Virus record (IMG/VR): IMGVR_UViG_3300038318_000302
Origin: an uncultured virus (IMG/VR IMGVR_UViG_3300038318_000302)
Lineage: Duplodnaviria > Heunggongvirae > Uroviricota > Caudoviricetes
Length of the DNA stretch: 64,000 nt
Direction: 5' to 3' (one strand)
The translations under genes and the position numbers were made by a program. Below are positions 1-8,942 of this stretch, piece after piece. Within the stretch, counting starts at the first letter, position 1. Each line of letters opens with the position of its first letter. The notes under the pieces were generated by a model, which saw nothing but the letters and a program-made list of their open reading frames with translations, ran no database searches and was not told the DNA's origin.

Positions 1-53
1 TAACTACTTTATATGGAGATGGAATAAAATGTTTACTTTTCTTTGTCATCTAA

Positions 54-1742
54 TCAAGAATTAGTTGCAGAAGATTCAATAATAGCACTTAATATAATAT
101 GCTGCATAGTACCAACAGAAACAGCGGATTGCATTAAATTCATATTAACTATATTAACATAATTCATCGTTATATAAACAACATTTTGATCTGTTTTGTG
201 ACCATAAACATCTAATTGTATAGTACATTTAAAATATCTTCCGCCTAAATTGTACAAATTNNNNNNNNNNGGTATTTGAAATATAAGCTGAACATTTATT
301 GTTCCTGCCTGATAATGTATTAATGAATTTGCGTTAGCATATGCGTTAGTTACATTAGAAATAATGGGAATAACCGGAATAAAAGATAATATTCGGGGGA
401 ATTCAGAATTATAATATGTTCCTAATCGATACGGATTATATGGAGTTGATGAATAATTTATAAAAAAGTCATTACTTGATCCTTGAGAAGCAATTCCGCC
501 AATTGCCGAACCAGAAAAATCAAATGTAGTTGTTAAATCTATTCTAAATATATCAGTAGGAAAAATTCCTGCTTGAGCAATATGCTTTTGTTCTATTATA
601 TTACTTTCTATTTGATCTGAACCTATGTTATTAACTAGATATGATAATTTAGACAAAGAAGTTAAGATAGAATCGTCTTTTGTTATAGCAGTAGGCTTTT
701 CTGTTAAAATAGGAAAATTTGTTAAAGATGTCTTTATTCCATCTCCACTATCATGATTATTAACTCTATATTGAATCTTTCCAAAAGCTGTTTCTATTGT
801 ATCATTACTATTAACTTGAAGAGCAGATGTAGCATTAGAATAACTTGAAGATATCTTTATTCCTGTTGCATATTTTAAAAGATTAATATATTTTTGAATA
901 TTCAATAATATTTTAGAAAGTAAATCTCCTTTTTTAAGATCTCCTGGAGTTCCTGACACATCTGGATCATCAGGATATTGTTTAGAATAGATAGCAACGT
1001 CTGTCGTAGCTTCATTTAAATTATTTTGAGCGGTATTTATAATATTCTGGTTAGCTTCTCCTACATTGTTAATATTTGTATTAATACCTTGTATTGTTGT
1101 ATCAAATAAATTTTTTGATACAATTCCTCCTACTTTGTCAAGAATATTAGATATTGCATTACTAAAATTAAAAAATATACCATTATTCCATGATAAAGAA
1201 TTCCCTGTAACAGAAGATATTAATTTACTTATCTGAAATTTAGCCAAATTCCAAACAGAGTTATTATTTTTTTCACCAAGTAAATAATCAGAAGAAGAAG
1301 GGTCAGAATCTGTAAAAGAAAATAATAATTTATTCGTCGTTGTATCGAAAACTCCTGTTAACCCATCAATCAACAAATTATTAGAAGACACATGATATTC
1401 CTTCCCGCTACCTAGATCATCAATAATAATATTACCATTATTATCAGTATATTCCACCTTTGTAGAAGATATAGCTAATGCTAGAACATTAGATTTATCC
1501 GTCAATTTATACATTTTGCCAACAGATAAACCATTAGCTGCAGCAGTATTAGATAAATCTGAATAAGTAATAGCGGTAACAACTTTAGGATTAAGAGCAA
1601 CCCAAGCAGCTGCTGATGTATCATATATCTTATGAATCTGTTCTGAAGTATTAGTATCATACCATATCAGAACATTATTGGTAGGAGCAGTAGATCCTAT
1701 ATATACGCCAACGACCTGACCTAAATTTTTTGAAGTAGACAT
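54..1742 (-). CDS. Putative virion structural protein (tail/baseplate-associated)
   Basis: 562-aa Asn/Ser/Thr-rich ORF directly downstream of the portal; N-terminal 'IGSTAPTNNVLIWYDT' and repeated 'D(T/S)I..A..K' segments typical of tail-associated proteins; 10-N gap at 261-270. Confidence 0.45.
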   Translation of the reverse strand: MSTSKNLGQVVGVYIGSTAPTNNVLIWYDTNTSEQIHKIYDTSAAAWVALNPKVVTAITYSDLSNTAAANGLSVGKMYKLTDKSNVLALAISSTKVEYTDNNGNIIIDDLGSGKEYHVSSNNLLIDGLTGVFDTTTNKLLFSFTDSDPSSSDYLLGEKNNNSVWNLAKFQISKLISSVTGNSLSWNNGIFFNFSNAISNILDKVGGIVSKNLFDTTIQGINTNINNVGEANQNIINTAQNNLNEATTDVAIYSKQYPDDPDVSGTPGDLKKGDLLSKILLNIQKYINLLKYATGIKISSSYSNATSALQVNSNDTIETAFGKIQYRVNNHDSGDGIKTSLTNFPILTEKPTAITKDDSILTSLSKLSYLVNNIGSDQIESNIIEQKHIAQAGIFPTDIFRIDLTTTFDFSGSAIGGIASQGSSNDFFINYSSTPYNPYRLGTYYNSEFPRILSFIPVIPIISNVTNAYANANSLIHYQAGTINVQLIFQIXXXXNLYNLGGRYFKCTIQLDVYGHKTDQNVVYITMNYVNIVNMNLMQSAVSVGTMQHIILSAIIESSATNS

Positions 1743-1748
1743 ATTTCT

Positions 1749-3515
1749 TTATTTAATAATATTATTACTTTCTTCTTTATTTAAATATTTTGTAAAAGCC
1801 TTTGCAAAAATATCATTGTTCCCCTTTTCTTCATCGCTATTATCTTCTTCTGAAGAATATTTATCAAAAGGATTCTCATCTTCATTATTATTTTCTTCAT
1901 CTCCGTTATCTTCTTCATTATTATTTTCTTCATCTCCGTTATCTTCTTCATTATTATCCTCTTCGTTCCCTGATTGTTGAGACATTTGTTGCATCTGCTC
2001 TTGTTGCTTTTCAGCATTATAAGATTGAAAATAAATAGAGTTCTCTATTAAATCTCCAATATCTCCATCTATTTTTGGCAAATTATATTTTTGTCTAACT
2101 TCATTTATCGTCATAAATGAGCCTAATCTCTTAACATCCATTTCGAGTTCTTTGTCTATGGTCATACCATTCAATCCCATAAACACGAATTCATAATCTG
2201 GATCTATTGCCTCAACAATATACTTATTTATTTTTCTTTGAATAAACTTTAAAATAGGATAAAGTCCCTTATCCTTTGAATTCTGAAGTTTTTCAGCCTG
2301 ATTCCCTTCAAATAATCCACTACCATTAGCTCCTCTACTTATATCCCATCCTATCTCTGATGGATCAATAGAATAAATAGCACAAGCAATTTTTATAAGA
2401 TACTCTTGCCAATTAGAGAACTCCATATCTCTATTTGTCTTTTGCAAGTCTACCCAATCTACATCTGCATCTACCACTGGAGTCTTCCATGATTGCATAA
2501 CCCCAGTTATCATTGCTTGCCACTGTTGCTTAAATTGTTGAAGAGCCTTTTCGCTTACATTCCCCTTTATCTTCAACATTCCTTTAGGAGCAGATCCTTG
2601 GCTAAAGAATCTTCTATTATATTCATCAGACCACAATAAACTAGTAACAACATTAATAAGTTGCTCTAATTCTGAACAACCATAACCATTATTAATTATA
2701 GAAGTGCTCGGATTCCGAATACCAAAACATAGTTCCCAAGGATAAAATTCATTAACAACGGCTCCTTGATAAACCTGAACATATTGAGGAGTATAACCAT
2801 TAATCTCTTTAGAAAGATCGACCGTTAAATCTTGATTTGCCCAAATGTTAGCTCCTTTTCTTGAGAAAAAAGGATTCTTATAATCTTCTTTAAAGGCTGA
2901 ATCTGCAATTCTAAAAGTAGAAGCATCTGTAGCAAGGAACGATTCTAGTTGACCTCTTCTATTCCTTACACATTCAAATGTCATTTGATCATAAGTATAA
3001 GAATCGTCTACAATTTTACGTATAAAGGTATCAAAATCATCATTTGTCCATGAATTCTTACCACCACAATTTAAAATAAAATCCGTTATTGAATTTGCAA
3101 CTTTTTGTTCCCTCTTGGTCATTTCATAACCACTGTCAGATATTTTCTTTCTAATTACAAATCCTGTATTATATCTATCTGCTTGAGGCTCTGCAAAATC
3201 AGCTACTTGATTCTTTCGTGTTTTTATGATTGAATTTATTATTGGCGTAGCTGCCATAGCTCTCAAAGTTGCATAAGAAAGCGAATAAGGCTTTCCTTTA
3301 TATCCAAGACTAGCATTAAATTGAAGAGGATCTATTAAAAAAGCCTTATTATCAGAAGAAGATTTCTTTTCTATTTTTTGATAAGCAGAACCTCCTGCTA
3401 TTATATCTGATGGACTATCAGACTTCATGGCTTTTTCAATAGTCCTAAGCTGCTTTGCTTGTATCTTTCTACTTGCTAAATCAAGAGATTTTAATTGTTC
3501 AGCGTAACTTCCCAT
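1749..3515 (-). CDS. Portal protein
   Basis: Portal motifs: 'GYGCSELEQL', 'YNRRFFSQGSAPKGML', 'DMEFSNWQEYLIKIACAIYSIDPSEIG', 'MTINEVRQKYNLP'; acidic C-terminal tail. Confidence 0.9.
   Translation of the reverse strand: MGSYAEQLKSLDLASRKIQAKQLRTIEKAMKSDSPSDIIAGGSAYQKIEKKSSSDNKAFLIDPLQFNASLGYKGKPYSLSYATLRAMAATPIINSIIKTRKNQVADFAEPQADRYNTGFVIRKKISDSGYEMTKREQKVANSITDFILNCGGKNSWTNDDFDTFIRKIVDDSYTYDQMTFECVRNRRGQLESFLATDASTFRIADSAFKEDYKNPFFSRKGANIWANQDLTVDLSKEINGYTPQYVQVYQGAVVNEFYPWELCFGIRNPSTSIINNGYGCSELEQLINVVTSLLWSDEYNRRFFSQGSAPKGMLKIKGNVSEKALQQFKQQWQAMITGVMQSWKTPVVDADVDWVDLQKTNRDMEFSNWQEYLIKIACAIYSIDPSEIGWDISRGANGSGLFEGNQAEKLQNSKDKGLYPILKFIQRKINKYIVEAIDPDYEFVFMGLNGMTIDKELEMDVKRLGSFMTINEVRQKYNLPKIDGDIGDLIENSIYFQSYNAEKQQEQMQQMSQQSGNEEDNNEEDNGDEENNNEEDNGDEENNNEDENPFDKYSSEEDNSDEEKGNNDIFAKAFTKYLNKEESNNIIK
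1879..1956. repeat. 33-nt tandem repeat encoding EEDNGDEENNN in the portal tail
   Basis: About 2.4 copies of the unit tcttcattattattttcttcatctccgttatct. Confidence 0.8.
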
Positions 3516-3578
3516 TTTACAAATTATTATTTAATAAAATAATAACTGTTAATCAATGAGAGAATTATACGGATACAA

Positions 3579-3902
3579 TTAAATACCTTTTAAAATATTG
3601 TTGATATTATTCTGATCTTGAACGTCAAAAATAATAAATTTATCCGACAAATCCTCATATAATATAACAACACTATTATCTTCTAATTCATAAAGATCCG
3701 TATTATCATCTATACTAACTATAACGGCTCTTTCTCTTATTTGCTTAAAAAGTTTATTAAATTTTATTTTATCTTCTTCTTTATCACAAGAATTTGATGA
3801 AATATATTTTAATCTATTTGCTGAAGTATCAAGTTCCATTGATACTCTTTGTAAATCAAACTCAAGAGGATCTCTTAACTTTGTTAAAAAATATGATTTC
3901 AT
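3579..3902 (-). CDS. Hypothetical protein
   Basis: 107-aa ORF with ATGA overlap on the stop of the upstream kinase-like gene. Confidence 0.6.
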   Translation of the reverse strand: MKSYFLTKLRDPLEFDLQRVSMELDTSANRLKYISSNSCDKEEDKIKFNKLFKQIRERAVIVSIDDNTDLYELEDNSVVILYEDLSDKFIIFDVQDQNNINNILKGI

Positions 3903-4978
3903 ACGATTATATTTTTTGTAGTAGGAACAAATTCAGATCTTTGTTTACCTTTACCAATTTGCATCTTCCAATATTTTTGAAATTCGCATAACCACATTTC
4001 AATTTGATGAAGCGTTATGTTGCATTCTTTCACTATTTCGTATTTTCTTGTCTTTTTATTAAAAGTAACATAAGGAGTTTTTTCTCCTCTCTGTTTACTT
4101 ATTTTATCAAGATATTTTGAAGCATTATCTCTTAAAAGATAAATAGCCTTCTTCTGGTTCTTGAATCCCCTTAATGAAGGATAAATAAGTCTAATTCCAA
4201 CGGATGCTCCTGGCCCAACATTAGTATAGTCATTTTGCGTCCATTTCATAAATTTTCTATCTGTATATTTACTTATATAAGTAAAATCTTGAAAAAATTC
4301 ATGAGCAATAAATCTTGCTACTCCTGGAAGTTTCTCTAATATTGAAATTAATTCCTCTGGAGTTTTAGAAGAAAGAACAGATTTTATTATATTATTGATA
4401 TTTTCATGAAGAGCAGGAATAACCACTCTTGTATAACAATAATCTCTATCCTTTTTCGGAGCTGCCATTGAATTGATAAGATATGCAGAAGTATATGGAT
4501 TTTGTCCACTTTCTCTTACAACTCTTATAAAATCCGAAAATTCATCTTCATTATATTTATCAAAATCTGGTATTCCATTACGCCATCTACTCGCGGACAT
4601 CAATTTTCTACAATTAAATAAACTTCCCTCCGTTATCTTTTCTTTTGCGTCAAAAGTAAATGTCTTAGGATTATTGAAAAATCTAAATACCATAATCTTC
4701 CATACAAGATTCTTCAACGTTAAATCATTATCTAAAATGATATTTTTTATTTCCCATTGAGAATTTTTGTCTAAGTCTCTATAAACATTAGTAAATTTGT
4801 ATTTGTCTAATATCTTATCTTTTGTCCAAGGACGCTCTTTTTTATCTATAAAACGTCTTTTCCAAATCATTAGACGCTCATACATAGTTTTAAAGAACAA
4901 TTCTATATTAGGCTCATAAATATCTAAAGTAGAGCTTGGTAAATCTTCGTACCAAGGGAAAATCTTATACATTTCCAT
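3899..4978 (-). CDS. 5-hmdU DNA kinase-like protein (aGPT-PPlase clade 1 family)
   Basis: Motifs 'YKFTNVYRDLDK', 'FRFFN', 'YTSAY', 'GPGA..G', 'IEMWLCEFQKY' match the family as I know it. Confidence 0.8.
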   Translation of the reverse strand: MEMYKIFPWYEDLPSSTLDIYEPNIELFFKTMYERLMIWKRRFIDKKERPWTKDKILDKYKFTNVYRDLDKNSQWEIKNIILDNDLTLKNLVWKIMVFRFFNNPKTFTFDAKEKITEGSLFNCRKLMSASRWRNGIPDFDKYNEDEFSDFIRVVRESGQNPYTSAYLINSMAAPKKDRDYCYTRVVIPALHENINNIIKSVLSSKTPEELISILEKLPGVARFIAHEFFQDFTYISKYTDRKFMKWTQNDYTNVGPGASVGIRLIYPSLRGFKNQKKAIYLLRDNASKYLDKISKQRGEKTPYVTFNKKTRKYEIVKECNITLHQIEMWLCEFQKYWKMQIGKGKQRSEFVPTTKNIIV

Positions 4979-5279
4979 GTTTAATTCTTATTAAAAATTC
5001 TCTTTTTGCTTCTATATTCTTTTTTAGAATTAATTTATGCAATATCTTTTTGTTTAATTTCTTAAAAGGTCTATTACATGAATCATATAATTGTGTATGC
5101 CTAGCATCAAAATTGCAATAATTCCCAACTGTATCAGGTTTATACAATTCTTTTACAAAAAGTTCAGGAAGATAATCATTACCAGTAAGTTTCTTTACTT
5201 CAAATTTCTTATCTCCCCAAATCTTCTTATTTGTTACAATATCTCCAACTTTTATACCATTATAAATATCTCTTTTCAT
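4965..5279 (-). CDS. Hypothetical protein
   Basis: 104-aa ORF overlapping the start of the next gene. Confidence 0.6.
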   Translation of the reverse strand: MKRDIYNGIKVGDIVTNKKIWGDKKFEVKKLTGNDYLPELFVKELYKPDTVGNYCNFDARHTQLYDSCNRPFKKLNKKILHKLILKKNIEAKREFLIRIKHGNV

Positions 5280-5308
5280 TTTTTATAAAAACTTTGAAAA
5301 GAAAATTA

Positions 5309-5331
5309 TAGGCTAGGATTTTCCTAGCCTA
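5309..5331 (-). terminator. Intrinsic terminator-like hairpin
   Basis: taggctagg/cctagccta inverted repeat followed by a T-rich tract on the minus strand. Confidence 0.7.
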
Positions 5332-5333
5332 AT

Positions 5334-6968
5334 TTATTTATCAAATTGGAAAGCAATCATTTGACGAGGCGTTAAACTCAATTTCACATTATCTTTAAGA
5401 TTCTTCAAAATTGTATTACAAGCTACAATATCCACGATTTGACTACAAATCTGACGAACTGTATCATTATAATTTCGACGAGCCGTGATTTGATCAGAAT
5501 CAGAAGCATAATTAATAGTAGGCGGTGTAATAGAATTAGAAACGCTTTCATTATCAGAAGGACATTCTCTCAATTCATCATAATCATAAATAAAATAAGG
5601 AACGCTAACATCTAATCCTTCCAACCAATATGGTTCAACATTCCTAGCAGGCTTATCTCCACAATCTTCCAAAAAAGTATCTGCATTTGCTTCTGCAATT
5701 TTTAAATCTGCTAATTTTGCAGGAAGAACGATACTTGTTATCTGTTCTTTAACTTCCTTTCCGGTCTTTTCAAATTTAATTGAATTATTATAATCTGATA
5801 TTGAATCAAAAAGTTGAGACTTTTCTATGTCAGTTTTCTCATCTTTTTCTATGCCATTTTCCTCATCTAAATTAATAGCCTTTTTAGCATTAGATTTATT
5901 TTTTGAATCATTATTCTTATAATCTTCAACTAATTTCTTTAATTCTAAATTTTTCTTAACTTGATGAGAACCCCAATACACACCTTCTCCTGTTATATAA
6001 GCATCATCTATAAGAGTTGATGCTCCATTCTTGTTTTTCCCTATAATAGCAACATAATTTGAATCTTTTGAGCCAATATGATGAACACTTACATCACTAA
6101 ATTTAGAAAAATCTGTTCCTGGCCATATTTTTTCCCTATTCTTTGTTAAATAATTTAAAAAATCTTTAGACATATAGCCATTATCACCATAAATAGATGA
6201 TTTTTCATCATCTTCAGATTCATCTTTCTTCCCTGATTTATTTTCATTATCAACTATTTTAATCTTATTATCTTTAAGATTTTCCCAATCTATGTCTTTA
6301 TTGTGCATAGAAAAAACGGTTTTTCCCCTATACTTTATATCATAGTCATGGTCTTTTTTGTCATTTGGGAATCTTCTTTCAACAACTACATTATCTCCTG
6401 TTCCATCATCTTTACCAAGCTCTCTCTTAATAACTTTTTTTATTAAATTAGTCGTTGTTATATTCTTATTCTCTTCTTTATCCTTTTTCTCAATAGACTT
6501 TATTTTATTCATCATATCATTATAAATCTTCTCCTTGTCGGGATTCTTTCCAAATGAATCTATTTTAGCATAATAAGGAAGTTCTTTTTCTTTACTTAAA
6601 AAAGAAGAAACAGAAGAATATTTTCTTCCATTATCATTTGTTAGATCTCCCTCTGCTATAAGATCTCCTACTTCTTTATATACTCTATTCGCTTCAGAAT
6701 CTATATTCTTCTGATAAGAAGAATTACTTTCTCCATGGTTACCTTCTTCTTTCTTTCTTCCTCCAAATTGTTGCCCAACTCTTCCTAATTTACGATTCTC
6801 GTAATTATCTTTATAAACACCTTTCTCCAGATCAACATCTTCAGATTCTTCTATATAATCTCTATCTTCCTTATCATAAAGATTTTCTGAAAAACTCTTA
6901 CAGATTCTGTTAATCTGTGATTGTTTAACCCTTCTAAAGGTCTCTGTAACATCATTATCGTAACTCAT
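5334..6968 (-). CDS. Putative internal head protein
   Basis: Highly charged 544-aa ORF; leader with 'ICKSF' and 'DLEKG', internal 'DIEKS'. Confidence 0.45.
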   Translation of the reverse strand: MSYDNDVTETFRRVKQSQINRICKSFSENLYDKEDRDYIEESEDVDLEKGVYKDNYENRKLGRVGQQFGGRKKEEGNHGESNSSYQKNIDSEANRVYKEVGDLIAEGDLTNDNGRKYSSVSSFLSKEKELPYYAKIDSFGKNPDKEKIYNDMMNKIKSIEKKDKEENKNITTTNLIKKVIKRELGKDDGTGDNVVVERRFPNDKKDHDYDIKYRGKTVFSMHNKDIDWENLKDNKIKIVDNENKSGKKDESEDDEKSSIYGDNGYMSKDFLNYLTKNREKIWPGTDFSKFSDVSVHHIGSKDSNYVAIIGKNKNGASTLIDDAYITGEGVYWGSHQVKKNLELKKLVEDYKNNDSKNKSNAKKAINLDEENGIEKDEKTDIEKSQLFDSISDYNNSIKFEKTGKEVKEQITSIVLPAKLADLKIAEANADTFLEDCGDKPARNVEPYWLEGLDVSVPYFIYDYDELRECPSDNESVSNSITPPTINYASDSDQITARRNYNDTVRQICSQIVDIVACNTILKNLKDNVKLSLTPRQMIAFQFDK

Positions 6969-6987
6969 AATTTTAAAATTTATATTG

Positions 6988-7992
6988 TTATTTTATTGGT
7001 AAATCGTAAAAATACTCTAATGTATATTCCTTTTTATTATAACTGTATTTATCTTTATTGATATTAATGTCTTCAATTAATCTATATATCAATCTAACAT
7101 CTTCATATACGGCTACTTTATTATACACTTCAATACTTAACCAAGTCATTTTCAAATTAAAAAGAATCTTCTCATAATTATTGTCATAATCAGAAATTCC
7201 AAAAAATTTTTCAATATTCTTTGTTATATATGAAGCCAACTTCTCTATGCTAATATTTTCAACATCAATATTCGTTGGAGATATATTTTTAATAAACTTA
7301 TTAAAAGTTACTTTCCCAATTCCTTTCCTAAATTTAGGAATATTATCTGATGTATCTCCTACTATTACTTTATATAAAAGAATTTCAATAGGATTAACAC
7401 CTTCAACTTCTATATCATTATTAAAATAATTTTTCCAATATAAGCATTTATCTTTTGTACAATATATTTTAAGATATTTAGAATTATTGTTAAACAATGC
7501 TACTCTACTATTAAGAATTTGTCTTATATCACTATCTCCTGTAATAATTACAGATTCCTCCCCTTTTATATCTGAATAATACATAGACCAAGCAAAAAGC
7601 AAATCATCTCCCTCCGCTCCATCAACTCTAGAGACTATTAATCCCTTTCTTCTAAATAGATTCTCTATCTCATCTATAACAGAACAAAATTCTTCGTAAT
7701 AAGTTCCTCTATTTCTTGTAAGAGCATACTTATAATTTTCATAATATTTATATCGCCAAGAATGACTATCTATAACTACTATGACTTTTTCTATATCTTT
7801 AAATCTATTTATAGTGGCGCACATATCAATGATTATTTTTCTAATAAGTATTTCTCTCTTCTTTTTATCAATAAGAGAGAGTCTTATTATCTCTTCATTT
7901 TCTTCTGGAGTTTTCTTTCTATCTTGATAGTATGTGCACCAAACTCCAAAGGACTTATGGATCAAATAATTTCCATCGAATATTATATTCAT
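6988..7992 (-). CDS. 5'-3' exonuclease / T4 RNase H-like flap endonuclease
   Basis: 'IFDGNYL', 'DS.SWR...Y..YK', 'EGDD', 'TGDSD', 'GDTSDNIP...GIGK'. Confidence 0.88.
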   Translation of the reverse strand: MNIIFDGNYLIHKSFGVWCTYYQDRKKTPEENEEIIRLSLIDKKKREILIRKIIIDMCATINRFKDIEKVIVVIDSHSWRYKYYENYKYALTRNRGTYYEEFCSVIDEIENLFRRKGLIVSRVDGAEGDDLLFAWSMYYSDIKGEESVIITGDSDIRQILNSRVALFNNNSKYLKIYCTKDKCLYWKNYFNNDIEVEGVNPIEILLYKVIVGDTSDNIPKFRKGIGKVTFNKFIKNISPTNIDVENISIEKLASYITKNIEKFFGISDYDNNYEKILFNLKMTWLSIEVYNKVAVYEDVRLIYRLIEDININKDKYSYNKKEYTLEYFYDLPIK

Positions 7993-7995
7993 AAT

Positions 7996-8766
7996 TTATC
8001 CTAAAAATTTTATATTCTTAACATTATTCTGTTGATTTTCAATAGGCTGATTTACATCTGTAGCATAACCATGTTTGAATCCCATGAGAGTAGCAACTGT
8101 GTCTGTAACTCCTCGATGTTTCTGCCTTATTTTGCCAAATTTTCTATTAATATGTTCATCTAGCATTTGATTATTCCTTATTGTTAAAGAAGTAACCTTG
8201 ACTTTAAAATCATCGTCTTCCTCTTTTGTTTCTTCTTCTTTTAGACGCAATTTTGCATCTAGTCCTCTTACACATCCTGATAAATAAGTCCTTTGAAATT
8301 TATCTTTATTTATTTTTTCACCGTTTAGACGGTGAACTCCATCTATATCTTTCAACTTTTTATATTCTTCATTAGAAAAATTAACAAAATTTCTACTAAG
8401 TACTTCTCTTAACCAATTAACCATATCTATATTTTCTTTCTTACCAAACATAATAAGGTTTTTATAAGATGTTCCATATTCAAAACATCTACAAAAATTG
8501 TGAGAACAAAGAACGGTTAATAATCTATATTCCCATGAACCTCCTATGGCTTTGTAAGTATATCCGCTCGTAATTTGTTCTAATATCAAATCTTCTTCGC
8601 TCTTAGATTTCAATTCAACCTCACTCATAGTCAAATTGTATTCGGACAATAATCTCTGTATTACTGAAGCCGCATTTGCGGCTTCTCCTAAAGAATTTAT
8701 TGATTTTGCTCCTTCATATAAATCCTTTAATTTTTTTAATTTACTAATAACCTTTTCTAGTTCCAT
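7996..8766 (-). CDS. DUF2786-like protein
   Basis: N-terminal 'KLKKL......EAANAA...QRLL.EYNL' helical motif. Confidence 0.7.
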   Translation of the reverse strand: MELEKVISKLKKLKDLYEGAKSINSLGEAANAASVIQRLLSEYNLTMSEVELKSKSEEDLILEQITSGYTYKAIGGSWEYRLLTVLCSHNFCRCFEYGTSYKNLIMFGKKENIDMVNWLREVLSRNFVNFSNEEYKKLKDIDGVHRLNGEKINKDKFQRTYLSGCVRGLDAKLRLKEEETKEEDDDFKVKVTSLTIRNNQMLDEHINRKFGKIRQKHRGVTDTVATLMGFKHGYATDVNQPIENQQNNVKNIKFLG

Positions 8767-8929
8767 AATTTTTATTTTTTAAGTTTATATTATTTCCTCT
8801 TATCTGTAGGTAAAGATACTAACTTTTTATCAATAGACAAAATTTTTTCCAATAAATCTTTAGATTTTACCAATAATTTAACTCTTATTAATAAAAAATG
8901 GAATATCTACTTTCACAAGCAAATATTCC
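8767..8929 (-). promoter_or_regulatory. Repeated terminator + Bacteroidota-type promoter cassette, copy 1
   Basis: Minus strand: TTTG (8838-8841), 19-nt spacer, TATCTTTA (8811-8818), A-rich leader; upstream hairpin. Confidence 0.8.
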
Positions 8930-8942
8930 TAAATCAATAATA

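Noticed and set aside
261..270. Run of N inside the first ORF
   Set aside because: Assembly gap; the frame across it cannot be verified and it has no biological meaning
1781..2017. Alternate-frame Met/Lys-rich ORFs (also 53347-53547 and 61644-61895)
   Set aside because: By-products of GAA/GAT low-complexity repeats that lack stops in the shifted frame
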